Origin: the human T2T-CHM13v2.0 reference genome, Homo sapiens
NCBI RefSeq assembly: GCF_009914755.1
Contig: NC_060927.1
DNA: 64,000 nucleotides
Strand: one strand, 5' to 3'
The number at the start of each line of letters is the position of its first letter. Within the stretch, counting starts at the first letter, position 1. A program made the position numbers and the translations under genes. The notes under the pieces are model-generated. The model saw only the letters and a list, made by a program, of their open reading frames with translations. It did no database searches and had not been told where the DNA came from. Of this stretch, positions 17,219 to 31,936 are shown one piece after another.

Positions 17219-19029
17219 TATCACTTTCTTGAGACTTTGTCCATGTCTTTTAGCTCATTTAGTATCTTGTTTTACAGTCTTTATTAAGTCTAACTCTTTC
17301 TCAAGTATAGTCTTTCTCAGGGATAGTTTGTTTATTTTTCCTTTGAATGGGCTATATTTTCCTGTTTCTTCGTATGTCTTGTGATTTTTTTGTGGGAAAC
17401 TACACATTTAAATCTTACAATGTAAGTAACTCTGGAGAACGAATTCTCTTCCTTTCCCAGGGTTTGCTGTTTTATTTAAAATTTAATTTTATTGTTTACT
17501 GTTGCAAGGTGTTTCTGTACCAGGAATCAGCCTGAGGTGTAAACTTAGGGTCTTTTCAGGTATTTTCTAAGCCTGTGATTTTCCATGGATATGAAAACCT
17601 CCCCTCATATACTTTTGAATGTCCTGGTCTGGCCCCCAAAAGGGGAGGGGGAAAAAAGGTGTGTGTGTGTGTCTGTGGTGTGGGGGGAAGAGGGAAGCAC
17701 TAGCCCTTTGTTTTTACTTAATATTTTTTCTTTCTCCTCACTAATCACCACTGAAGGCAATGGCCCTTTAAATCTTTAAGTCACTTCAGCCTCAAGTGGA
17801 GGGGCTTGTAACAGTGGCAGTGGGGTTTGCAACAATGGCTCACTGTATGGCTGCACCTCCATGATCAGAAGCAGTAATTAGCTATCAGAGCAAAGATTCC
17901 TGCTATTTGGAGGACAGAATCCTTATTGTCCACACTGGCTCCCACAAACCCTATGCAAAGCTGCTTGAAAATGTGTACATGGCTACATGCTATGGGACTG
18001 AGGGTAGACGAACAGGTAGTTGCTACCATGTTAAGAGCTGAAATTAACCTTTCAAACCTTCCCCTGGAAGTCATAAGCCTTCAATAGACTTCAGAGTTCC
18101 CAACCTGATAAAAATGGTGAACAGAGATCCGAAATAGTAACATCAGACAGATTCTGCCAGTGCAGTTGTCGTCTGGGTGGGGAGACAGATTCCCAGAGCT
18201 TCCTACTCTGCCATCTTCCCTCTAGCTCCATAACTGATTAGTTTTTAAATGCTGCAGCAGTGTTGCATACCAGGAATATACCCAACTTGGTTGTTACATT
18301 TTGCCTTATTAAAAAAATTGTTTGATTCAATTTGCTCCTATTTTGGTAAGGGTTCTTGCAATCTATAGTCATAATTAAGACTGACTTTATCATTTTCCTT
18401 TCCTATATAGTCCCTTCCAGGTTTGGGTATCAAATTAATGCTCATAAATTAGTTGAAAAGTTTGTATAAAATTGACATAGCTTCTTAGCTTTTGGTAGAA
18501 TTTAGTAAGTCTGCTTGGCTTAGTATTTAATTTGTGGAAAGGCTTTTTATGACGGGTTCAAGTCTTTAATAAGTACTAGATTATTTAGGTTTTCTATTTT
18601 TCTTTTCCTTTTCTATTTTTTCCTTAACATTTTCTGAAGTATATGTTTCAAACACAGATGAGCAATATTAGAAAAATCGTATCATACAGCTTGTTACATT
18701 TTCACAAACTTACATGTACCTGTATACTTAGGTCAAGACACAGAGCATGACTAGGACCCCAGAATCTGGGTGTGCTCACTCTAGTCACCAACCCATTCTT
18801 ACAGGGTAACCTCTATTTGACTTCTATGAGCAATTATTAAATTTGGAGTCACAGAGTATGTATATCTTTAGGTCTGGGTTTTTGTTTTTAACTCAAATTG
18901 TACTTGTGAGATTCTTCTATACTTCTGTATGTGGCTGGAGATTGCTCACATTATCACAGAATGTTTCATTGTGAACATGTCATAATTTATTTACATATTC
19001 TACTCCTGATAGTATTTGGGTAGTTTCTA

Positions 19030-19348
19030 GTTTTTAGTTACTGACTCTTTGTTTTTTTTTTAGAGACACGGCCTCACTCTGTCACCAAGGCTGGAGTGCA
19101 GTGGTGCAAGCATAGCTCACTACAGCTTGGACAGAACTCCTGGGCTCAAGGGATCCTCCTGCTTCGGCCTCCTAAGTAGCTGGGATTACAGGAATGCACC
19201 ACCACATCCAGCTACCTTTTAAAGTTTTCTGTAGAGACAGGATTGTGCCATGTTGCTCAGGCTGGTCTCCCAACTCCTGACCTCAAGCAATCCTTCTGTC
19301 TTGGGCTCCCAAAGTGTCAGGACTACAGGTGTGAGCCGCCGCACCTGA
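19030..19348 (-). mobile_element. AluJ-like element
   Basis: Diverged dimer. Confidence 0.9.
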
Positions 19349-19952
19349 CAGTCGTTGACTATTTGAACAGTACTGTCATCACGCTTGTACCTGTCTTTGT
19401 AAACACAGGTAAGCGTTTCTGTGGAGTGTGCGTCTAAGAATATGACTTCTGGGTCATAACTCGTGCATGTTCAGCTTTAGGAGACACTATGATACTATCA
19501 ACAGTTTACCAATGCAGATGCACCAATCTGCACCCCTAACACTGTTACGAGTTTCAGTTGTTCCACATCTTTGCCAGCATTAAATATTTTGTCTTTTTCA
19601 TTTTTTTAACCTGTATTTCCATGATTAGTTGGGCACTATCTCACAGGCTTATTCTTTGGAGATTCTCTTTTGTGATGTGTCCAAGCCCTTTGTCCCTTTT
19701 CCTGTCAGGCTGCCTCTGTTGATCTCTTTGGTGTCTGCTGCATGTGTAGTCATATCCTCTTTGTCTTGCCTGATATTCACATTGATATGCCTTCTTTCTT
19801 TTCTTGATCACTCCTAATGGTTTATTGTATTTTATTTTCAAAGAGAACACTTTTGGCTTTGTTGATCCTCTTTATCATATGTTTGTTTTTTCTATTTCAT
19901 TAATTTCTGCTCTGCCATATTTTTTATTTTTAAATTTTTAAATATTGTTTTC

Positions 19953-20248
19953 TTTTTTTTTTCCTTGGGACAGGGTCTCGCTCTGTCACCAGGCTGGAGT
20001 GCAGTGGCAAGATCTTGGCTCACTGCAACCTCTGCTCCCTGTGCTCAAGCAATCCCCCCATCTCAGCATCCCAAGTAGCTGAGACCACAGGCGCACACCA
20101 CCATGCCTGGCTATTTCTTTGTATTTTTAGTAGAGACAGAGTCTCACCATGTTGCCCAGGCTGGTCTTGAACTCCTGAACTCAAACAATCCGCCCACCTA
20201 GGCCTCCTGAAGTGTTGGGATTATAGGGGCCGGCCACTGTGCCCCGCC
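19953..20248 (-). mobile_element. Alu (old)
   Basis: Diverged dimer. Confidence 0.9.
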
Positions 20249-20903
20249 TTCTTTTTCAGTTTCTCAAAATCTTAGATTTTCAACTTTCCTAATATTTGAT
20301 TTTCAACATTCTTTCCTAACATTTAAAGCTGTGTGTATTCCTTCAAAGCTGTGTGTATTCCTTCAACAAAGCTATGAAAGCCTCCAAACTCATTACTTGG
20401 CAATTCACTACTATTTAGTTCAAAACATCAATTTATTCTGTGATTTCTTCTTTGACTCACTCAGAAGCATAATGCTTAATTTCCAAATACATGAGGATTT
20501 TCTAGTTATCTTTTAATTATTGGTTTCCATTTAAATTGCATTATGGTCGGAGAGTATTTGTTTTCTATCCTTTGAAATTTGTAATCTAGCAAATGATCAG
20601 TTTTAGTAACTGTTTCATGTACACTGGAAATCCATGTGTCTCTTGCAGATGATGAGTGCAGTGTTTAACAGATGTCAAATAGGTAAAGTTTTAAATTTGT
20701 GTTATTCCATACCTTCACTGATTTTTATATTTGTTTTCTTATTTAATTGCTTCTGTCCCTCTCGATGATGTTGGAATTACTTTTCGCCCCTATGCAGCTG
20801 TCAATTTGTATTTTTTGTTTTGAGAATGCTATGAAGTGCAAACAAATGTACGAACAGATCTTCCTGTTGGAGTGAATATTTTACTTTTATGAAATGTCAC
20901 TCT

Positions 20904-21195
<292 letters not shown>

Positions 21196-21884
21196 ATGAA
21201 ATGTCACTCTGAAGCTAAGTAATACTTCTTGCCTTAAAGTATATTCGTCAGCCATATAAAAATCAGCCTAGTTTAGCATGGTATATCTTTTCCTATTCTC
21301 TTACTTTCAACCTTCCCATAGCCTAATTTTTAAGGTGTGTCTGATGAAAGCCACATATAATTTACTTTTTTCTTCACCCCTTGTCTTTTAATTGGAACAT
21401 TTAGTCTAGTAGTCTATTATTTGCTTTAGTTTATACCATCTCACTATTTATATGGTTCTGCCTCACATTCTGTGTTTCTATTTGTTCTTTCTTAATTTTT
21501 ACTTAGATTCTATTTTTTTGTCCCCTGAAAGTATTAGGTAATGGTTATACATTCTTTTATTCTCTTAATGGTTACCTGAGAGCTGTGCTGCGTACTTCAG
21601 TAGCCACTAGTCACTATTTACACTAGTCACACTAGTCACACGTGGGGCTATTTAAAGTTCTAACACATGTTACCTTATACTTTAGTAATATTAATGATGA
21701 TGATTACAATGACAATTTATAACCCATAGTGCTTATTTAATCCTCACCACATAATCTGAGGTGAATAAACATACTACTATTATCTCAATTTTATAGATAA
21801 ACTGAGATGCAGGGAGAGTAAATAAATTACCCTACAGTGACTGAATTTGTACACAGAGGCTATGCCTTAGGCATTTACACTTAC

Positions 21885-21994
21885 ATGATATTTTCCATGG
21901 ATTTGGGTTTAATAAAAATGGAGATAGGGTAAAGCTGTGCAATCTGTAATCTCTTTATGGCATTTCCAGACACATCAAGGATACAGTGTTTGCC
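21885..21994 (-). CDS. DLG1: DLG1 exon (110 nt): GK domain
   Basis: ttttag|GGCAAAC...ATATCAT|gtaagt; [36 protein letters not shown](M). Confidence 0.98.
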
Positions 21995-22295
21995 CTAAAA
22001 TAAAGGGAACAAAGAAAAAAAACAAGTGAGCCAAATATTCTCAATAATATCAAAGGTACTTTTCCTACAGGTCCACAGTCTAAATCATGATCTGTTTCGA
22101 TCCTTGTTCACTTTTAGTAAACTTGTCATTTCTCTCAGCAAACTTTAGATAGGAAATGAAATGGCTGAATATGCATAATTAATTTGCCATTTTCAAACAA
22201 ATGTTATATTTAAAAAGGAATGAAAATACAGTTCCTAGTTTTCACGGATCAGTTATTTCTCAAAATGGTGAAAAATAGAGCTCCCCCGCCGTTCC

Positions 22296-22430
22296 CTTTT
22301 TTTAAAATTTAAGGGACGGGGTCTTGTTCTGTTGACCAGGCTGGTCTTGAACTCCTGGGGCTCAAGTGATCCTCCCACCTCAGCCTCCCGAAGTGCTGGG
22401 ATGATAGGCATGAGCCACTGTGCCAGGCCC
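22296..22430 (-). mobile_element. Alu monomer (FLAM-like)
   Basis: Left arm only. Confidence 0.85.
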
Positions 22431-22818
22431 AGGTTCCTATTTTTCATTCTGCCAAGAAAAGTTATTCATTAAGACTCCAAACTACCATCTCCCCATAGCT
22501 ATCATTTCATAAAAGATAAAAAACCCTAGAGTAAGGGCAAACCTTTTAAATAAACAAATTTGTGAAACCTCATTGCCACTACTCAATCCTTCTATTTCTC
22601 ATTTTATTAGGGACTGACAAAAACTCATAAACTAGCATATGGGACCCCAGTTCTGGATTTAAATGACAACTTTTCTGACAAGCTTAAACTCACTGACAAA
22701 GGATACTTAGGTTTTTAATACAGATGAGCATTTCCATGTTAAGCATAGTATTTATTATTTATGACAGATTTTCTTCTAATACATTTGAAATCAGGCCCTC
22801 CCCGATAATGCAACTTCA

Positions 22819-23127
<309 letters not shown>

Positions 23128-23169
23128 TGAGTCCAAGTCAATACATGATAATTTCAATTTGGTGGGCAC

Positions 23170-25100
23170 ATTTAAAATAAAAAATTTAATACTGTAAAAT
23201 ACTCCAAACATATAGAAAAGTAAATAATAGACACCATGTACCCATTATCTACTTTCATCAGACATAAATATTTTACATGATCGCTTAAACATTTTAATAA
23301 CTTGATACTGAAATATTAATATTCTAGGTTTGCTTTAACTCTTTCTATATATGTACATAATAGTTTGAGAATAAACTGCATAATGCTCCTTCACCTCGTA
23401 TTTCTTAAAAACAATGGCATCTCTTACATAATCACAATATGATTCCAAGTGGCCATCTAATGTTCCTTATTGGAAAAGAGTAAAAAAATGTCCTGGTCAA
23501 GGATCGAATTCAGGATCATAGGATCACACATTGTATTTAGTTGTAAAGTCTCCTTAGTCTCCGTCAATCTGACACAGTTCCTCAGTCTTTGTCTTTCTTG
23601 ATGTTTTTGAAGAGTATAAAATATTTATATCATAGAATATGCCTCATTCTATGGGTTTATGGGTTTGTGTGTTTACTCACTCTCGGATGGCAGGTTACAC
23701 ATTTTTGGCAGGAATACTACAGACATAATGTGTGTCCTTCTTAGTCCATCATATCTGGGAGGCGATATTATATCTATTTGTCCCATTATTAGTGATCCTA
23801 ATTTTGATCACTTGTTTAAGGTTTTATCTGCTAGGTTTCTCCACTGTAAAATTATCATTTTTACCTTTGTAACTGATAAGTATTTTGGGGGAGGACACTT
23901 TGAGACTATATAAATATCCCTTTTTTCATCAAATGTTCACTAATTTTAGAATACACTGATGGTTTCTGCCGGAAACAATTACCACCATGCGGTTTTCAAA
24001 AGATTTTCTAATTTAATCATTTCTTCTACCTTGATTAGTAGACAGTCCAAAGCGTTCCCTTCTATCCACTTACTTACTCACATACAGATGCTCCTTATGA
24101 TGGGAGTTACGTCCCAATAAACCCATCACAAGTTGAAAATACTGTAAATTGAAAATGCATTTAATATACCTACCCTACTGAACATCATACCTTAGCCCAG
24201 ATTACCTTAAATGTGCTCAGAACACTTACTCTACAGTCGGACAAAATCATCCAACATGCCTGTTTTATAATTAAGTGTTGAATTTTTCATGTAATTCATT
24301 GAATACTGTTCTACAAGTGAAAAACAGAATAGCTGTATGGGTACTTGAAGTATGGCTGCGACTGAATATGCATCACTTTTGCGCCTCTGAAAAGTTGAAC
24401 CATTCTAAGTTGAGGGCCATCTGTGTTTGTTTATATCATTATGGACTCTACGATTTTTATTTTACTCTATGTATTATAATATGTTATTATCATTTATCTT
24501 GATATTCAAATTATCTCAGACTTGGCCAGTGGGGGACCCTACAGCTTGGTTCCTTTGCCTTTTTACACATCTTCATCATTCTTTGAGTGCTTCCTTATTT
24601 TTCTGGCAGCAAAATGTTACAGGCTTATCTCACACTTTTCCAGTCCTGGCCCCAGAATCAGCCATTTCTCTAAGGAGTCCTGGATCTTTTAATTAACGAA
24701 TTATATTTAGAAGCCCAGATCCGGGCCCCAGATATTCTCATGGCTTATTCAGTGTTATTTTTAGGTCTTCTTAGTGGATAAAGCAAATAAACATACGTGT
24801 GTGTATACATAAATACACATCTATTTCTATATCTACTCTTAACAATCCATGGGTTCATATTCATCGCTCTAATTATCTAATATCTCCAATCCAATTATCA
24901 CAGAGTTCATTTTACCCTCTCCCTTTTTCTGACAGTCAAACCTCACTCCCACTACTGCCATTGTATTAGTTTATTTGCTCAACCCTAGAATATATATTAG
25001 TTTCAGAACTGTAAGCCCATACACTCCACCCAACAAACCTACTAATTAGAGTTTTATTTTGTTTACAGATCTGTCTTCAGCTTGTGTTAAAGAATCTCTG
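23170..25100 (-). mobile_element. Old L1MC-type 3' region
   Basis: cacattgtatttagttgt, atttttggcaggaatactacaga, ggtttctccactgtaaa motifs; related copy at ~57110-58330. Confidence 0.65.
24085..24423. mobile_element. Tigger3a/MER7-like DNA transposon
   Basis: Starts ta|cagatgctcc, ends ggccatctg; internal aaacccatc...gaaaatgcatttaata...aaaatcatc matches the remembered consensus. Confidence 0.85.
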
Positions 25101-25164
25101 GGATTAAGACTTCTCCCCTCTTCAATGTAGTTAAGTTATTCATTTGAAATACAGGCAGGTTTAT

Positions 25165-25199
25165 TGTACCCTAAAACTTAAAGTATAAAAAAAAAAAAA
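25165..25199 (+). mobile_element. Extremely 5'-truncated young L1PA insertion (~35 bp)
   Basis: tgtaccctaaaacttaaagtata+poly(A) flanked by gaaatacag(g/t)caggtttatt at 25146-25165 and 25200-25219. Confidence 0.88.
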
Positions 25200-25923
25200 G
25201 AAATACAGTCAGGTTTATTTAGTTTCTACTTATGTATCATTTTGCTTTTCCCCCATCTTTCTTTGTTGCTTTTATTTTTGATTTTTTTAAATATGTAAAA
25301 TACTAACATACTTTCTAAAAGTTAAAATAATACAAAAATGTATACTCAGAGAAATGTCATACCCCTCATCCTTTCCATCCCATTCCAAATTCCCTCTCTA
25401 CATCACTCCCTCTGTAGGTAACCAACCTCATTAAGTTCTGATTTACCTTTCCTGTGCTTATTTTCACACAACTGAGCAGAGATTTGTATTTTCCCATTTT
25501 CTCTTATTTTATACCGTAGATATTCTTTTGCATGTTGTGTATCAGTTCAAATACCTTATTAACAGTTTTAGAGAACTTCATTTTGTGAATGTAAAATTAA
25601 TTCAATCACTTTTATCTGGGCATTTAGATGATTTTCAGTATTTCACAATTATAAACAATGCTACAATGAATAAATACCCTTTTGCCCATGTATTTTCATA
25701 CTGTTGGGGTATATCTTTGGAATAAATTCCTAGAAGTGGGATGCTGGGTTGAAGGAAAGCTGCTAGATATTGCCAAATACCCTTCCAAAAGGCAGTACCA
25801 GTTTGCATTTCCACCAGCAATGCACAACTGTTTTCTCTCAGTCTCACCAAGAAAATGTCTTCATATTTCTCCCTGAATCTGATAGGGGAGAAATTGAATT
25901 TAGAGTAGTCTTCTTAATTTACA

Positions 25924-26487
<564 letters not shown>

Positions 26488-26797
26488 TTTACATTTCTTT
26501 AATAATGACTACAGTTGAACGTCATTTCCTATGTACAAAGGCCATTTTATATCTTATTTTTGTGTGAACTATATATTCTGATCTTTTGTCCACTGTTTTT
26601 TTTCTATTGGGTTTCTGGTCTCTGTTCCCTGTTTTTATGAGTTCTTTATATATTGGGAATATTAGCCCTTTTCTTGCAAATTTTTTCTGTCAGTTGTCTT
26701 TTGACATTGTTAATGGTGTTTTCCAATAGTTTTTGGAAAAAGTCTTTGGCCATAAAAAAAGTTTTTTAAAAATTTTAAGTGGTTAGATTTATTGATC

Positions 26798-26967
26798 TTT
26801 CTTTTTTTTTCTTTTTTTAAGAGCCAGGGTCTTGTTCTGTTGCCCAGGCTGGAGTTCAGTGGCATGCTCATAGCTCACTGCAGCCTCAAACTCCCAGGCT
26901 TCAGTGATTCTCTCAACTCAGCCTTCTCAGTAGCTAGGACTGTAAGGGTGCACTGCCACACCCGGCC
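26798..26967 (-). mobile_element. Alu right-arm monomer
   Basis: Single diverged arm. Confidence 0.85.
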
Positions 26968-27271
26968 CTTATCTCCTTTTAATATATGCTGGAGAGCTAG
27001 GCCTAAACAAAAGGTCTATCTCTAGCAAATGACCTGAAAATAACTTCTCTTACATTCATGTTATCATTTCTATTTTCACTTTCTTTGTTTACCTTATTTA
27101 CCTGTTTTATCTTGTATGCACTTTCCTAAGCCATGGAAAATTAATTATTTAGGTAAGCAAATTCATCACATTAACAAAACTAATTAGTGCTGTATCTATC
27201 CTACCAGTCTTGCATACTGTCAAAGGCATATCTGATTAGAAGCTATATTCTGGGATTAGTCTGATGCTTAC

Positions 27272-27444
27272 CTTTTCTGCTACTTCTCGTACAGACTGAA
27301 CACTTGTTCCATATAGATGATTGTTATACTGGCCAGCTTCAATGAATTTATGTTCCTGGATATCTTTTTCCATCTGCTCTCTTGAAGTCACAAAATGATA
27401 ATCTCTTCCATCTACCTCATAATCTCGTTTTGGTCTAGTTGTAT
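27272..27444 (-). CDS. DLG1: DLG1 exon (173 nt): GK domain
   Basis: ttaaag|ATACAACT...GAAAAG|gtaagc; [58 protein letters not shown]. Confidence 0.98.
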
Positions 27445-27703
27445 CTTTAACAGAAAAAAACTTGGGAAAGTGTTTAATATTAAAAAAAAAACCACAATAA
27501 ATCCATTTTCTACTTACATCGTTTTGTAAAGTTCAACAGAACAGATTAATTTAAATCTGAGAAAGGACAATAATATGGAGGATGGAAGAGTAACTGATAA
27601 AATAAGTACAAACCATTAAAAAATGGTTATATCTATTTTTCCCACACACAGTGACAGGAAATGTTAAGAGTAACAATTAAATGTTTTTGTTTGGTTTACT
27701 TAC

Positions 27704-27805
27704 GAGGAACACAGGATCCAAATTTGTCAGGAAATTCTGAGATCAAGTCATCATTTATCCTGTCTTTCATAGGTCCCAATATGATCACTGGTCGAGTATA
27801 ATTAA
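27704..27805 (-). CDS. DLG1: DLG1 exon (102 nt): GK domain start
   Basis: ttatag|TTAATT...GTTCCTC|gtaagt; [34 protein letters not shown](H). Confidence 0.98.
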
Positions 27806-28700
27806 CTATAAAGATAAACTGCATGTTAAAAGGAATAAACATTCAACAAATATCAATGTATTTTATTTCACCAGCGAACAAAAATATCCTTAACTGTTAT
27901 GACTAATTTTTTTCTTCCCTCTCCATCTCACTCTACCATCAACCAAAGATGCGTAACTTGCTCTTTTATAATCTTGACTCAGATCTTAAACTTTACTTAG
28001 TCTTCTGCTAGAAGTCATATTGATAATTCAATCAAGTTAAATTTGGTGTTTTCGCAGATAATGTTTCTTTACATTGCAAATGACAGAATAAAGTCTAGTG
28101 TTTTACAGATGGCTTTGAAGTAGAAATTGTAAGGAAGCAGAGCAAAGAAGGGCAGAACAGAAACTGGATGTAGGAAGTGATATAATCCCAGTAGTAGCAT
28201 TCTAGAAAGATGATCTAACAGAAGTGTAAACTCTGGGTGGTCTGGGATCATGCTGGAATAATGGAGATTGGTAGTGAGACTGAGAACTAACATTGTGATA
28301 GAAGGGATGAAAAGAAGGTCATAAATAAGAAAGAAGTGGGATAAACAGTGCCTGGAACCTAACTGGATGAGGAGGAGGAGGAGGAACAGAGAAGGCTCAA
28401 AGATACTTCCAAGATTTTCAAAAAAGGGTTATTTGGAAGATAGTGATGCTAACAAGAACACTGGAACAAAGTTGCTTGGGAAATAAAACACAAATATAAA
28501 AGTCAGTATGAAATGACTAGATTCTAATATTCTGTGGAGTAAACTATGTTTCATAAAACACATGTAGTAAATTTCTACATGTATATGTAGTAAAAAAAAA
28601 ATTTTAATACAACATTTTTTGGGGTATGAGAATTTTTTTCCCCCAAATTAAAAAGTATATTCTTCTAGAAGGTTATAAAACATCAATAGGCTTCACAAAC

Positions 28701-28751
28701 CTTCTTGTTGATTCACTGGTTCATAAGATAAGACGTATTCTTCTTGACCAC
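28701..28751 (-). CDS. DLG1: DLG1 exon (51 nt): SH3-GK junction
   Basis: taatag|GTGGTCAAG...CAAGAAG|gtttgt; (R)GQEEYVLSYEPVNQQE. Confidence 0.96.
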
Positions 28752-29548
28752 CTATTAGAAAGTGAAGGCACAGATGAAAAATGTGTAAAGATAATTGATG
28801 CTAATCTAATTCTTCATAAACAACATATACATTACTAGAACTTTCCTGAGAAAATGGCAAAGATATGGAAAGAGGTACTTTATGGCAAGATTTAGTTAAA
28901 AAAAAGTGTCAAATTATAAAGTCTTAAAAGTGAGTTTGCTAAATGTAAAACAAAATACAAATGGGCTATATAATCAATATTATATTTTATAGATAATCAA
29001 ATCTAAAAATCTTCATTTGTGATGCTATGTGCTACTCCTTTATTTAGAATCTAAGAATTATTAAATCTGTTAAAGATTAATGCTTTAATGAGCAGATCTG
29101 TCTATCATCTATCTACGTATTAGGTAATTTGTTACTATTAAAAACATGCTACTTTTTTTGTTCCACCAACTACAATACTGAATACAGTATATTTTATTTT
29201 TAAAATAATTACATCTTAAAATTAAAAATTATAAATGCAAAGGTAAAACTACTGTTACTATTTCACTGATGAAAAATTCACTAACTCAACTTTGTAAAAA
29301 AATAATAAATTTAATGTGAGTCAAAAAGAGCTTTAGATAAAACTAAATCCTTCCAAGAAAATAAACAACAGTGATAGTAAAGGAGATAAATATATTTGCT
29401 TTGACCTTAAAAACACAAGAAGTTAAAGCTTCTAAAGGTTAAATTAAAGGTTCGGAGCTTAGGAAATACTCTAAATAAAAGAGTCTACAAATTATATCTG
29501 AATATCTGAATCCAGTGAAAAGAAATAAATAGTTAAAAACTCTGAGAG

Positions 29549-29876
<328 letters not shown>

Positions 29877-30500
29877 TAACACACACACATTCCCCCCTCA
29901 CCCCCACGCCTAAAATTAGAAAAGACTGTGTTAACCCAAGTGGTTCAATGAAAGCAATCAATATTGGATAATGTATTTGAAGACTTTCTCTTTAATTATC
30001 AAGATCCTATAACAATTTTACCATGAATTTTGCAATTGGTTTATATTATATGTATGTAGCTGTAGGTCTTTTAAATCCATACATTGGCATAAACATTCTT
30101 TTCTGTTTTAGAAGTATTTCTTTGTTTTCAATTTTATTATCAAAGTACATAAGACCAATATTTTATAAGCTGTTTTTTAAAGTACTGGATGTGAAACATG
30201 GCTTACATACTAGCAAACACATGCAATTTGAATATTTCACACCTTAATAATTCATGCAAATGGTGAGAGACAGTATATACTTTCATTACCTCTTTTTAGC
30301 CTAGAAAGCCACTCAACTACCCTATAGTGGGTTCTGGTTATAATTAATAAAATGCTGAAATACAGGAAATCATTTCCACACCAAAAAAAAAATCATTAAG
30401 TAACTATTGTGTAGAAAAATAATCAACCAAATGAATGACGGTTAAAAGTATATACTGTCAACATGAAAAAGTATTAGGGACTGATATTAACAGGATGGAC

Positions 30501-30536
30501 CTTTTGAGCAGCCATACTCATCTGTAATCAAGATTA
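30501..30536 (-). CDS. DLG1: DLG1 alternative small exon I4 (36 nt)
   Basis: tgaaag|TAATCTTGATTACAGATGAGTATGGCTGCTCAAAAG|gtccat; in frame after I5 gives LILITDEYGCSKG, the I4 insert as I recall it. Confidence 0.9.
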
Positions 30537-31217
30537 CTTTCATATTAGACAGCAGTAAAAAAAGAAAGTTAGAAAAGTAATTTTAATTTTTAAGGTGCTA
30601 CAACTGATATTATGTACCCTCCCCTTCTCCCATGCCCAAGTCTGTTTTAAAACATCACATGCTTGTGCAGTTCACTTAATAAAACCAAGAATGTAATATA
30701 AAACAGCAAAAGAAAAATTAGTATTATTTTTCAGGTGATCATTGAAAATGTTTCCTTATTTCTTCCGTTCACCAAGTGCTGGTGATAAACAATGACATGA
30801 CCCAGATCAGTATTGGTGACAAAGAATAAAAATGGAAATAAAGCTAATGATAATTTAGCATTACTGAAAAATATTATTTTAGTGCTCATGTTAAAACCAA
30901 TTACTAAACAGAAGGTCAAAATACAAGTTTTCCCCCATTTAACTAGATATTTACTTCTTACAAAAAATACATATACATATACATATGTATCATGTACACA
31001 AATAATATTTTTATTTTATTAAAATTTTATAAATTAACCTCTACATATATAGTATGATTTTATTTTTCAAGTACAGAATTTTACTTGTCTCTCCCTGATT
31101 TTAAAATAACGATCATATAACTTCAGGTTTTTATAACATATCACTCAGAATCCCTCCACCCCTGCAGAGGATGTATTACTCGAGATTACAAAAGAACAAG
31201 TAACTTAAAACACTTAC

Positions 31218-31259
31218 GGTAACTACTTTCACTATCGCTGGCATTAGAAGTTACATGCT
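31218..31259 (-). CDS. DLG1: DLG1 exon I5 (42 nt)
   Basis: tttcag|AGCATGTAACT...AGTTACC|gtaagt; HVTSNASDSESSY. Confidence 0.96.
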
Positions 31260-31782
31260 CTGAAATTGCAGGACAATGAAAAAAAATAAAACAGTGTCAT
31301 GAGTTTAAAAAGCAAATAATCAAAATGAAATGTTGAGATATAAGCCATATATAACAAAATAATTTTTTAAAAGCATTTTTTCTTTGAAACGTTTAAGTTT
31401 TTCAAATAATAAATATATATTAGCAAAGGAAAACTCCTGTAATTAAGGACAATGCCTTATTTTTGTACAACACAGTTTATGAACAAATCTATTATAAATA
31501 GCAAGTAGAATATGACAAAAAGGGCTAAGTGACCCTGAATTAGTCCAAATGTAGACATAAAACTCAAAGGAGAAAATACTGTTGGCACTATTTCAGTTTT
31601 TGAAACAGCGTTAACTGGCAAAGGGGACAAACTATATTTAAACAAATAGATGCCCATTTTAATGACGGGATGTCTTTGTAATTAAAAATAAATAGATGAT
31701 CTTATTTTCAATCCAGCTTTGCTCCTGTTTCTGAAGATGAAAATCCATGTTTCTGAGATCATATAGATAAAGGATTGTAAAG

Positions 31783-31936
31783 GTCATAAATTCAGATGTC
31801 TCAGCTGGAAGGGAAGGCACTGATGGTGGCAATTGCATTTTAAAACCAACTAATATTAGAAGTCATAAACTCAGATGTCTCAGCTGGAAGGGAAGGCACC
31901 GATGGTGGCAATTGCATTTTAAAACCAACTAATATT
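31783..31936. repeat. 79 bp-period tandem duplication
   Basis: gtcataaa(t/c)tcagatgtctcagctggaagggaaggcac(t/c)gatggtggcaattgcattttaaaaccaactaatatt x2. Confidence 0.95.
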
